DNA from: Vicugna vicugna | Lineage: Eukaryota | Reading direction: 5' to 3' | Assembly (NCBI GenBank): GCA_013265495.1 | Contig: MU058423.1 | Location: forward strand, 5,376,745-5,440,744 | Length of the DNA: 64,000 nucleotides | Shown: positions 53,165 to 64,000 of the stretch, in pieces | How positions within the stretch are numbered: the first letter of the stretch is position 1 | How the letters are laid out: each line of letters begins with the position of its first letter | Notes under the pieces: model-generated | Database searches by the model: none | The model's input: only the letters and a program-made list of their open reading frames with translations | What the model was told of the DNA's origin: nothing | Made by a program: the position numbers and the translations under genes

Positions 53165-56100
53165 AATCTTTACTTTGGTAAAATATATATTACATAAAAG
53201 TTATCATCTTTATTATTTTTAAGTGTAGTTGAGTGATATTAGTGCATTCATATGAATATGCAACCATTATCACTATCCATCTCCAGAACTCTTTTTATCT
53301 TGCAAACAAAATGCCATACTCATTAAACAGTTAACTTTTCAGTTTCCCCTCCTCTTGCCTCTAAAACAACCATTCTACTTTTTGTCTCTGTGATTTTTGA
53401 CTCCTACTGGTATATCATGTAAGTGAAATCATGTGGTATTTATCTTTTTGTAATCAGTTAATTTTACTATCTTCAGGGTTCGTCCTTGTCACAGTTCTCT
53501 TAATTTTTGCTAATATTTCATTGTATGTATATAGCATTTTGCTTATCCACTCATCTGTCAATGGACACTTGGGTTGCTTCCACATTTTAGCTACTGTGAA
53601 CAATGCTGCTATGAACATGGGTGTACAAATACTTCTTTGAGATACTGCTTCCAGTACTTTTGGTGTATGCCAGGAGTAGAATCATATGGTAATTCTACTT
53701 TTAATTTTTTAAGAAAGCAGAGTATTTTTTCTATAGTGGCCATACCATTTTACATCCCCAACAAGAGTACATGAGGGTTTCAATTTCTCCACATCCTCAC
53801 CAACATGTGTTATTTTCTGGTTTTTTGATAGTAGTGCTCCTGATGGATATGAGGTGGTATATCATTGTGGTTTTGATTTCCCTAGTGAATAGTTCTGTTG
53901 AACATCTTTTCTTGTGTTTATTAGCTATTTGTATATCTTCTTTGTAGAAATGGCTACTCAGGTTCTTCGCTCATTTTGGAATCAGGTTATTTTCTGTTAC
54001 TAAGTTTTAGAAGTTCTTTATATGTTCTGTATAATAATTTATTATTGGATATGATTGGCAAATATTTTCTCCTGTTACATAGTTTGACTTCATGCTATTG
54101 ATAATGTTTGTTGATGCATAACATTTAATTTTCAAAAAGTCCATAAAGATGTCTGTGCTGTCATATCCAAGAAGTCCTTGACAAACCAAATGTCATGGAG
54201 ATTTTGTCCTATGTTTTCTGCCCAAGATTACAAAAGTTTTACCTTTTCCAGTCAGGTTTTTTATTTGTTTTAGTTAATTTATAGATAAGGTGTTAATACG
54301 AGCCCAACTTCATTATTTTGCCTATGAACATCCAGTTTCCCCAGTCATTTGTTGAAATTGAAACTCCAAAACCTCAAATTCAGGTATGCTTCCATTTATT
54401 TACATCTGCTTTGAATTTCTTTCAGCAAAGTTTGGTAGTTTTCATCATATAAGTCTTCCACCTTCTTGGTTAAGTTAGTAAGTATTTTATTCTTTTTGAT
54501 GTTATTTAAAATGGAATTGTTTTCTTAATTTCCTTTTCAGATTATTCGTTAGTATAGTTCATTGTTTACTCATTGCATAGTAATGGAACTGATTTTTGTG
54601 TGTTGATTTTGTATCCTGCTATTTGATTTATTTATTAGTCCTAACAGTTTTCTTTAGTCTTTTTTAGGGTTTTCTTAGTAAAAGATAAGGTGATATCACC
54701 TGTGAACAGAAATCATTTTACTTCTTCCTTTGCAATTTGGATGCCTTTAGTGTTTTTTTCTTGCCTAAATGCTGTTGTTAGGATTTCCAGTATTAAGTTA
54801 ATTAAAAGTGATTAAGAGGGCAACCTTCTCATGCTCCTGATTTTAGATAAAAGCTTTTGTGCTTTCACCATTAAGTATGGTACTCATTGTGGGTTTTTCA
54901 TTTATAGTATGTATTATGTTGCAGTAGTTTCATTCTGTTTCTAGTTTATGAGTGTTTTTATCATGAAAGTTTGTTGGACTTTGTTTCATGTTATTTTTTT
55001 TTCTGCATCAGTTGAGATGATTATGATGTTTTCACCCATTCTGTTAATGTGATATATTGCATTGATCATTTTTTTGTATATTGAACCATCCTTGCATTCC
55101 AGGAATAAGTTCCACTTGATCATGGTGTATAATCCTTTTAATATACTGTGAAACTCATTTTGGTAGTATTTTGTTGAGAACTTTTGCATTAATGTTTATA
55201 AAGAACATTGGCCTATAGTTTTCTTTTCTTGTAGCATCTTTGTCTATCTTTGGTATCAAGGTAATCCTGGTTTCATAGAATGAGTTAGGTAATTTTTTTT
55301 TCAATTTTTTGGAAAATTTTGAAAAAGACTGTTATTAACTCTTCTTTAAATGTATGGTAAAACTCACTAGTGAAACCATCAGATCCAGGGCTTTTCTTTG
55401 TTGTGTGGTTTTTGATTACTAATTTGATTTCCTCACTAGTTATAAGTCTACTCAGGTTTTCTATTTCTTTGTGATTCAGACTTAATAGGTTTTGTGTTTC
55501 TTGGAATTTATTCATTTCATCTAGGTTAATTTGTTGGCATAAAATTGTTCAAAGTACTCCCCTAACAGACATTCTTTCTGTCTTCCTTTAGTTCTTTGAG
55601 CACCTTTAAGACAATTGTTTTAAAGTCTTTGTTCAGTAGGTCTGCCATCTGGCCTTTCTCTGGCACAGTTTCAATTGGCTTATTGTTCCTTTGAGGAAAG
55701 GAAACACAACTTTCTGCTTCTTTGTATGCCTTGTGCTTTTTTGTTGAAAACTAGAAATTTGAATCTAATAATTTTATAACTATAGAAATTGAATTTCTCT
55801 TTCCCTAGAGTTTGATGATTTTTTTTCTTTTGTTTTGTTTTTCCTCGGTGCAGAGACTACCTAAAACAATGATCACCTGAAGAATTAATTTAAAATTTTC
55901 TCAGGTTTTTTATCTGTGCCTTTGTTTGTGCATGGATGGTGACTTTCTAATTTCCTCAGTGCATGCAGTTGGTTTAGAATTTCCTAGTCTTTAAGCTGGC
56001 CCCTGAGCAAAGAAAAGGAGAAAAAATAAAGAGGGAGAGGGTTCTGGCCCTTTAAATCTCCTGGAAGTTGCTTTAGCCAGAGAAAAAGGAGCTTTCAATA

Positions 56101-56476
56101 GGAGGTCGGCCCAGTGTGTGAAAGTGGGGGCCTGCCCCTGTGTTTGCATCTTTATGATCAGAAGAGCTATGGGTGATGAGAACAAAGGTCTCCAATATTT
56201 GAAAAACAGGGAAATTTTTGCCCAGCCTGGCTCTAACAAGCTATATGCAGATCTCTCCAGGAACATGTACACAGCTGCCTACCACAGGGCTGGACAGCAG
56301 AGAGTGGGTAGCTGTTATAAAGGGTCGAAATTGACCAAAATAATTTTCCCCTGAAAGTTGTGAGCTTTCAAAAGACTACAGAGTTCCAGTGGTTACATTG
56401 GGAAGATTCTGACAGTGAGGTTGTTGACCAGGTGAGGAGTCATTCCTGGTGTTTCACTCTTGGATTCCCAGAATCC
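53165..56476 (-). mobile_element. L1MB-type element with internal deletions and 5' UTR
   Basis: L1MB-like 3' UTR and ORF2 remnants (KSPGSDGFTSEFYHTFKEE, ORF 55285-55515). Sequence jumps at ~54357 and at ~55563 into ORF1 start and 5' UTR. Confidence 0.88.
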
Positions 56477-56913
56477 TTTTGCTCAAGGAGGTGTTTTTAA
56501 AAATTACTTTGGAAGTACTATTTGACAAAATATAGAGATGATATGTTGCCTAGGGTTAGAAAAATGAAGTTTAAAACAGGTAAATAAAGCATCAAAGACA
56601 TTTATTTTAATTTATCAAAATTAAATCTCAAGAATATAAATATTTTTGGAGAGTTGATTATATACAATATAAGGCAGAATTCTGTGAACTTAACATTTAG
56701 AATAATCAAGACCAGTCATATATAAAGTATTTTAATCACAATAGCTTTTAGAGAGGAAAGCCAAGAATATCAGACTTTATATGATAATTTTCAATATTAA
56801 ACATAAGGAGTACACTTTTTGTACCTGTATTTTTTGCTGTGTTTTTATCTGTGACATGACTCTCCTATGTTCCTAAATCATTTAAATTTAATATTTAGAA
56901 GGTGAATGTATAA

Positions 56914-57431
56914 ATTTATTTTTCAGTTGAAGTATATAGTTGATCTACATTATATTAGTTTCAGGTATACAGCATAGTGATTCAGTATATTTATTTACAG
57001 ATTATACTCCATTAAGTTATTATAATATAATGCTGTAATTCCCTGTGCTATACAATATATTTTTGTTGCTTATCTATTTTATACATAGTAGTTTGCATCT
57101 CTTTAATCCCATACCCCTACCTTTTCCCTCCCTCTTCCCTCTCCCTTTTGTAACTACTAGTTTTTCTTCCATATCTGTGAGTCTGTTTCTGTTTTGCATA
57201 TACATTCATTTGTATTATTTATTTTAGATTCCAAATATGTGAATATCATATAGTATTTGTCTATCTCTGACTTATTTCAGTAAGCATGATATTCTCCAGG
57301 TCCATTCATGTTGCTGCAAATGGCAGAATTTTATTATTTCTTATGGCTGAGTAATGTATTCCATTATGTGTATATATGTGTGCATGTGTTTATGTGCATA
57401 TGCACACACACACAAACACACACATATATAC

Positions 57432-57471
<40 letters not shown>

Positions 57472-57940
57472 CACTACTCCTTTATCCATTCATCTGATGA
57501 TGGGCATTTGGGTTGCTTCCATATCTTGACTATTGTAAATAGCTTAGCATATACTCTATCCTGGGGAATGTTTCATGTGTACTTGAAAAGAATATATATT
57601 CTTCTGTTTTTTGGATGTAATGTCTTGTAGGACCCCAGAAATGGGATGCCCCATTTGTGACTCAAATTACTCACTCTCTAGGGCAAGTGTCCACCAGTAC
57701 CATCTGCCTTTTCCTCTGAGTCCCCTCCTAGGGCACAGGTTCTGACCTGATTGCTTTTCTTCCCTTCTTACCCAGTTACATGTGTACCTTTCTTATAGAC
57801 TTGATTGTACAGAAGTATTTTTTCTAGTTTCCAGTTAGTTTTCAGTGAGAATTGTTCCACATATAGATGTATTTTTGATGTGTTCATGGGGAGAGGTGAG
57901 CTTCACATCCTTCTACACTATCATCTTGATTTCTGCCATA
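56914..57940 (-). mobile_element. ~1 kb mini-L1: 5' terminus, ~90-bp endonuclease fragment, and ORF2 end with 3' UTR
   Basis: 57630-57932 is homologous to the L1 5' end at 10823-11125. 57543-57630 encodes YKTLHPK../EYIFFSSTHETFPRIEYML. aatgtataa flanks both ends (56905-56913 and 57941-57949). Confidence 0.9.
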
Positions 57941-58829
57941 AATGTATAATTTTAAAAGTTTAGTAGGTTATAAGTATTACATTAATTAATTCCAAATTAG
58001 TGCCTTAAATATAGATGATTTTAAGCATGATTCTTAATAATGTTTCATAAACGAATACAAAAGTACTAGTTTCACTGAATCTGACAGTTTGAACATGATC
58101 CTAACTTAGTCTGGGTCATAGTTTGTCTTTAATTTCAAAAATAACTGACAGGTTTGTCTCTTGCCATAGATAAGAAACCAGGTGCATGAGAGCCAGTCAC
58201 ATACTGAGAGGAGGAGAGGATAGACACACACTGCTGTCCATCCTCTCCTACAGTTGCCCTAAAAGGTCTATTGGAGGAAATACCAGGACAGACATAACAT
58301 TTCACTGTAAATCACCACAGATTATTAAATGCTGAATTAAATTGTTGTTGTTTTTTTTTTTAAATCTCTACCGGCACTTCCCAAGTAGTACCAAGTGTGA
58401 AATACGTTGACTGCATATCAGTCCAGAAAAAAAGGGGATGGAGTTTTGCATTAACTTAAGAAAAGCATTGATAAAAATAAAATTGGTCTAATTGTGCACT
58501 ATACAACACAAACTTATCAATTCATATTTTATTATTTGATCTAAATAAATACTGTATATCAAGGGTTTCATTTTATTGGTGTATTATCTAATTAAAGTAG
58601 GATTTCTTAATTCATTCTAGCATACATAAAAGTTATGGAAATAGCTTTCTGGTAACTTCTGCTGACTAAAATAGTTCTGCTTTCTCTACAAGTTGGGAAA
58701 ATAAATGATATCCAAGGGTCAGGCTAACTTACCATATGCCTTCTGAAATGATCCTTTTGAGAATCTAGGGAAAGCAGGCATGTATATCTACTCAAGTGTT
58801 TGCTTTCTCAAAAGAACATAATATTGATT

Positions 58830-60577
58830 TTTTAAATATATTTTTCTTGAAATATAGTCAGTTTACAATGCTGCATCAGTTTCTGGTGTACAGCACAATA
58901 CTTCATTCATATAGGAACATACATACATTTGTTTTCATATTCTCTTTCACCATAAGTTATTAAAAGATACTAAATATAGTTCTTTGTGCCATACAATATA
59001 AACTTGTTGTTTATCTATTTTTTATATGTTACTAGTATCTTCAAATCTTGAATTCCCAATTTATCCCTTGACACCCACCCACTTCCCTTCCTGGTAACCA
59101 TAAGTTTGTTTTCTATGCCTGTGAATCTGTTTCTGATTTGTTACCTATAAGTTCATTTGTCTTTTTTTTTTTTAAGATTCCACATATAAGTGATATCATA
59201 TGATATTTTTCTTTCTCTTTCTGGCTTACTTCACATAGAATGACAATCCCCAGGTCCATCCATGTTGCTGCAAATGGCATTATTTTATTCTTTTTTATGG
59301 CTGAGTAGCATTCTATTGTGTAAATATACCACAACTTCTTTATCCAGTCATCTACTGATGGACATTTAGGTTGTTTCCATGTAAATAGTACTGCTATGAA
59401 CATTGGGGTGCATGTGTCTTTTCAAATTTGAGTTCCCTCTGGGTATATGCCCACAAGTGGGATTCCTGGATCATATGGTAAGTCTATTTTACGTTTTTTG
59501 AGGAATCTGCATACTATTTTCCATAATGGCTGCAACTACATTCCCACCAACAGTTAGGAGGGTTCCCTTTTCTCCACACCCTCTCCAGCATTTACTGTTT
59601 GTGGACTTTTGAATGATGGCCATTCTGACTGGTGTGAGGTGATACCTCACTGCAGTTTTGATTTGCATTTCTCTGATAATTAGCAATATTGAGCATTTTA
59701 TCATGTGCCTATTGGCCATTTGTATATCTTCACTGGACAATTTCTTATTTAGGTCTTCTGGCCATTTTTGGATTTGGTTGTTTATTTTTTGGTTATTAAG
59801 TTGTATGAGCTGTTTATATATTCCAGAGATTAAGCCCCTGTCAGTCTCATCTTTTGCAAACATTTTCTCCCATTCTGTAGGCTGTCTTTTTTGTTTTGCT
59901 TATGGTTTCCTTTGCTACGCAAAAGCTTGTAAGTTTAATTTGGCCCTATTTGTGTAATTTTGCTTTCATTTCCATTGCTTGGGTAGATTGCTCTAGGAGA
60001 ACATTGCTGAGATTTATGTTGGATAATGTTTTGCCTATGTTTTGTTCTAAGAGGTTTATAGTGTCTTGTCTTACATTTAAGTCTTTAAGCCATTTTGAGT
60101 TTATTTTTGTGCATGGTGTGAGGGAGTGTTCTAACTTCATTGATTTGCATGCGGCTGTACAGTTTTCCCAACACCATTTGCTGAAGAGACTGTCATTACT
60201 CCATTGTATGTTCTTGCCTCCTTTGTCAAAGATTAATTGACCAAAAGTTCAGTTTATTTCTGGGTGCTCTTGTTTCATTGATCCATGTTTGTTTTTGTAC
60301 CAATACCATGATGTTTTGATTACTGCAGCTCTGTAGTATTGTCTGAAGTCTAGAGGGGTTATACCACCAACTTCATTCTTTTTCTTCAGTAATGCTTTGG
60401 CAAGTCTGGGTTTTTTTGTGATTCCATATAAATTTTAGGATTATTTTTTCTAATTCTGAAAAACATTTCCTGAGTAATTTGATAGGGACCACATTAAATC
60501 TGCAGATTGGTTTGGGTAGTAAGGCCATTTTAACAGTATTAATTCTTCAAATCCAAGAACGTGGGATATCTTTCCAT
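58830..60577 (-). mobile_element. 5'-truncated L1 (ORF2 C-terminus and 3' UTR)
   Basis: ORFs 59113-59403, 59489-59863 ([12 protein letters not shown]) and 59946-60140 are frameshifted ORF2 pieces. Confidence 0.95.
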
Positions 60578-60808
60578 AAATGGAATGATTTAAAAATTAA
60601 ATGTTGGAAATTATGGTCCTGATTGACAATTTTGAAGTGATTTATTTTATGAGATCTTGAAGTATTGTTACTAAAACTCTCAAATTATTTTTACTGTTGC
60701 CAGCATTTGGACCCAAAGACCTGACACAATATGGAAGGATGACTTTGTGCATTACCACTCCCTTAAAGCAGTCACTCGTATTTTTTTAAACTTATGAATT
60801 GTAGGTGT

Positions 60809-61207
60809 TGTATTCTTTTTAAAGCTGCCATAAAAAGTACCACAAACTGGATTGTTTAAGCAACAGAAATCTATTGTTTCACACAGTTCTGGAGGCAGGA
60901 AAGCAGCAGGGTTGGTTCCTTCTGAGGGCCGTAAGGGGAGGATCTGTTCCAGGCATCTCTCTCTTTGGATTGTAGATGACCATCTTCTCTTTGTGTCTCT
61001 TCAAATGGCAAATTTCTCATGAATGTGCATGTCTCCAAATTTCCCCTTTCTATAAAGACACCTCTCATATTGGATTAGGGGCCCACCCTAATGACATCAT
61101 TTGAACCTAAACCTCTTATTTCCAAAAAAGGTTGCATCCTGAGGTACTAGGAATTAGGATTTTAAAATGTGAATTTAGGGGAGGGGGACACAATTCAATT
61201 TGTTACA
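60809..61207 (-). mobile_element. MLT1A/B-like solo LTR
   Basis: gctgccataaaaagtaccacaaactgg...cacagttctggaggc...tggattaggggcccaccctaatgac...gggacacaattcaa. Confidence 0.9.
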
Positions 61208-61633
61208 GGAATAAAATAATTATTTAAATTATTCTAGAAAATGTTATATAGGCATTCTTATCTTAACTCATGCAAATAGACAGTGTTATCTTCTTACCAC
61301 AAAGAATTCTGACTTCATTGAATATTATGGGTATCTTCCTATGAGGCAATCTATTAAGTAAAAATATATCAAATAGTTCTTGTCTGCATCTTTAGAGATA
61401 ATTCATTCCATTCTACTCCCTAGGCCATCAAATAAAAGAGAAAATGAATATCCACACACACATGCTTACCTAATTTATGGAAAAGTATTCTTTGTATTAT
61501 TTTTTGTTTAATATAAAAATGAAAGGAAACGTTACTAAATTTGGAAAACACAGTATTAAAAATCCATGTTATATGTGGATAAGAAGAACATTTTGACTAA
61601 GGGTTTAAACATTGAAATAAAAAACTTTAATTA

Positions 61634-61762
61634 CAGAGAAAAAAATGTGACAATGAGTGTGTATATGTCCATGAATGATTGAAAAATTGTGCTGAACACT
61701 GGAATTTTACACAACACTGTAAAATGATTATGAATCAATAAAAATGTAAAAAAATAAAATAA
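61634..61762 (+). mobile_element. 129-bp L1 extreme 3'-end insertion with 15-bp TSD
   Basis: Reverse-complement similarity to 28670-28788. aaaaaactttaatta occurs at 61619-61633 and 61763-61777. Confidence 0.9.
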
Positions 61763-64000
61763 AAAAAACTTTAATTAAAATGTTGTAGTTATTGGTGATA
61801 CTAAGGCTGCATATTTGAAGATAAAAATGATTTGTTAATGAATCATAATTCTTCTAAAAACCAAGGGTATTATGTATGATTAATCTTAAAATGCCATAAT
61901 ATAACATATGATATAATACGAAACAATAGTCAATCCTCTACTAGAGCACAACTTACCCATTCTTTTTATTTGCATGCAAAACATGCTTGAGGGCTTTAAA
62001 TTTCTTGCTATTACACAATTGTTTATAACTCATCAATGTCTATAGCTAAATGATACTTACAGGGTTTTGTGTGTGTGTATGGGAGGGAGGGACAGAAAAA
62101 GATAATATTTTATTGAGCAGAGTAAAAGCAGTGTTCTAGAAATAGTCAATCTATTATACACATTTTAAAAATTGCCAAAGACTATTTTGTTGACTTTATA
62201 TATTAGGACTACTAATGCACGTTCCTAGATTTAGGCACCTAAAGTTTCTAAATTAATTGACTCTTGAGGGCACTGCAAGGTTAATTAAAGCACTGTAAGT
62301 GAGGCTCTGTGTCCTCGATACTTCGTTCATCAACTTATCTGGGTCTTGATCGTCTATATTAGTAAACAGAAAACTTATGAACAGGTGACTGGTCTGTCAA
62401 ACATATATGCACATTGTGATGTTTATATGTGAACGAAGTATTCAGCAGCATTCTTCATCTTAGAAAATCTTAATAAAATTTTATAGAATACTGTTTATAA
62501 AGGCTACTGTTTAAGAGAAGGCTGCCGTACAAGGACTTCAGTAAATACCACCAGTAGAGTAAAATCCAGTTTTGGAAATGCATTGTTTAAAGTAAAACTT
62601 TTCACATTACATTTTAATATGAATAAATGCTTTGGTTTTGCTACTCAGGCTGTGATTTTCTTAAAAATGAGAGGCTATAAATAAATGCCTTTTAAAAATA
62701 ATAGTTTTTATCTTGTGTCTTCTATCTCTTATTACATTTAAGATGGCGTTGGAGGTGACGACTTTGTTTTACTTGTGTCAGTAGGAAGCTGACATGATTT
62801 CTCAAGCCCCTGCATAGTGAGAACAAAGGAATGAAAAGACTAGGAAGGCGGAAGAGAAGCCGACACTGAGTACAGTGCTTAGGGAACTTCTCTCCTCTGC
62901 AACAAGCTGAAAAAAAAAAATAGTCGATAAATAAGGGCTAATGACCATTATTTATTACAGCAATAAAACTTCCATGTTTAAGTAAGTAGTCCTTCCCTTG
63001 TGGTAAGAAATTCTCTGTACTTACCTCTACAATAGTATCACTATGCTGTATTTTCAACTTTCTTTTACACAGGATTGTGAGCTTTAGGGATGTGAGAAAT
63101 AGTTATCCCCATTGCCTGTCTCAGACTTTAGAATGTACAAAGCATTTCTGAAGTGAATGCAGGCATTCTTGTACTTCAAGTACTACAAGCATGGAAAATT
63201 CCTAGTTTGGTATAGATTCTCATGATGAACTATACGTTAGAAGTGAAAGCAAATCTCTGTTTTCTTTTAAATTTACACTTTTGAAAATGGCATTTAAAAT
63301 ACTTACTGAGTCTTTGTTTTAAAATGAATTATCTGGAGAAAGTTAAGCTATGCTTTAAAAAATCAACTATCTGCATATTCAAAGTAAATAAGCCTCTTGG
63401 ATTCATTCAACACAAACCAAGCCTTCTCTCTGAAGAATGTGAAAACAGGAGGAGTAAGTAGCCATCGAGGATTAGGAAGTATGACAGAGCAGTTAAGAGG
63501 CAACTATTACTATGTAAACAAATGTAACATTTGTTATGCTTAATCAGAACCTAGTTACTAAGTCCTCTCACAGATAATTTTTTTTTAATCCTTAACAATG
63601 CTCTTGATTATTAATGGACCCCTCAAGCAGAAAGAATCCTTAGAAAATGCAATTTGTACTTGGATTATATTGGCTATTAGCAAATAATGAAGGGAAAAAA
63701 TCTTGTTATTTGCCACAACCGCCCCTACTCCACGCACGCATAATACAACTAACAAAACTGGGCTGACATATTCTTAGATACATGAGAGCATTTTTTAAAT
63801 AAAAAGGAACAAAATATATTTCTGTAGAAAAGTATTGTTTAAGTAAATGATAGCTCAATTTCAAGGAGGGAATATTGAATTCATTAATTTTCTGGAACAT
63901 TTTGGACAGTCAGGTACGTGCCCAGCACTGTGTTCAGTAGCCACTAGTGTGTTCTTAAGACACAGTGCCTGGCCGCAAGACACTCACTGCCTAATAGAAA

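Noticed and set aside
63050..63160. Strong acceptor-like tract ttttcaactttcttttacacag
   Set aside because: The following sequence resembles a decayed L2 3' end and gives no convincing exon or donor.

Overview
This is mammalian non-coding DNA, AT-rich and CpG-depleted, and not prokaryotic. Two tRNA-derived SINEs resembling the camelid vic-1 family point to a camel, alpaca or llama. Much of the window is interspersed repeat: L1s of several ages, a HAL1, an ancient ERVL provirus, a near-complete MaLR (MLT1) provirus, solo MLT1/MLT2 LTRs, L2, MIR, MER53/MER5-type DNA elements and microsatellites. I recognise no host protein-coding exon. The ORFs with recognisable protein similarity are retroelement remnants; the longest is 418 aa of L1 ORF2. 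Most L1s lie on the minus strand and one good plus-strand exon candidate sits at 38559-38719, which would fit an intron of a large plus-strand gene or lncRNA that I cannot name. The most unusual observation is a set of internally deleted L1s, including a ~1 kb 'mini-L1' with both termini and a TSD. Repeat subfamily names come from recalled consensus similarity, and boundaries of old repeats are approximate. I found no evidence I can defend for a novel multi-gene system.
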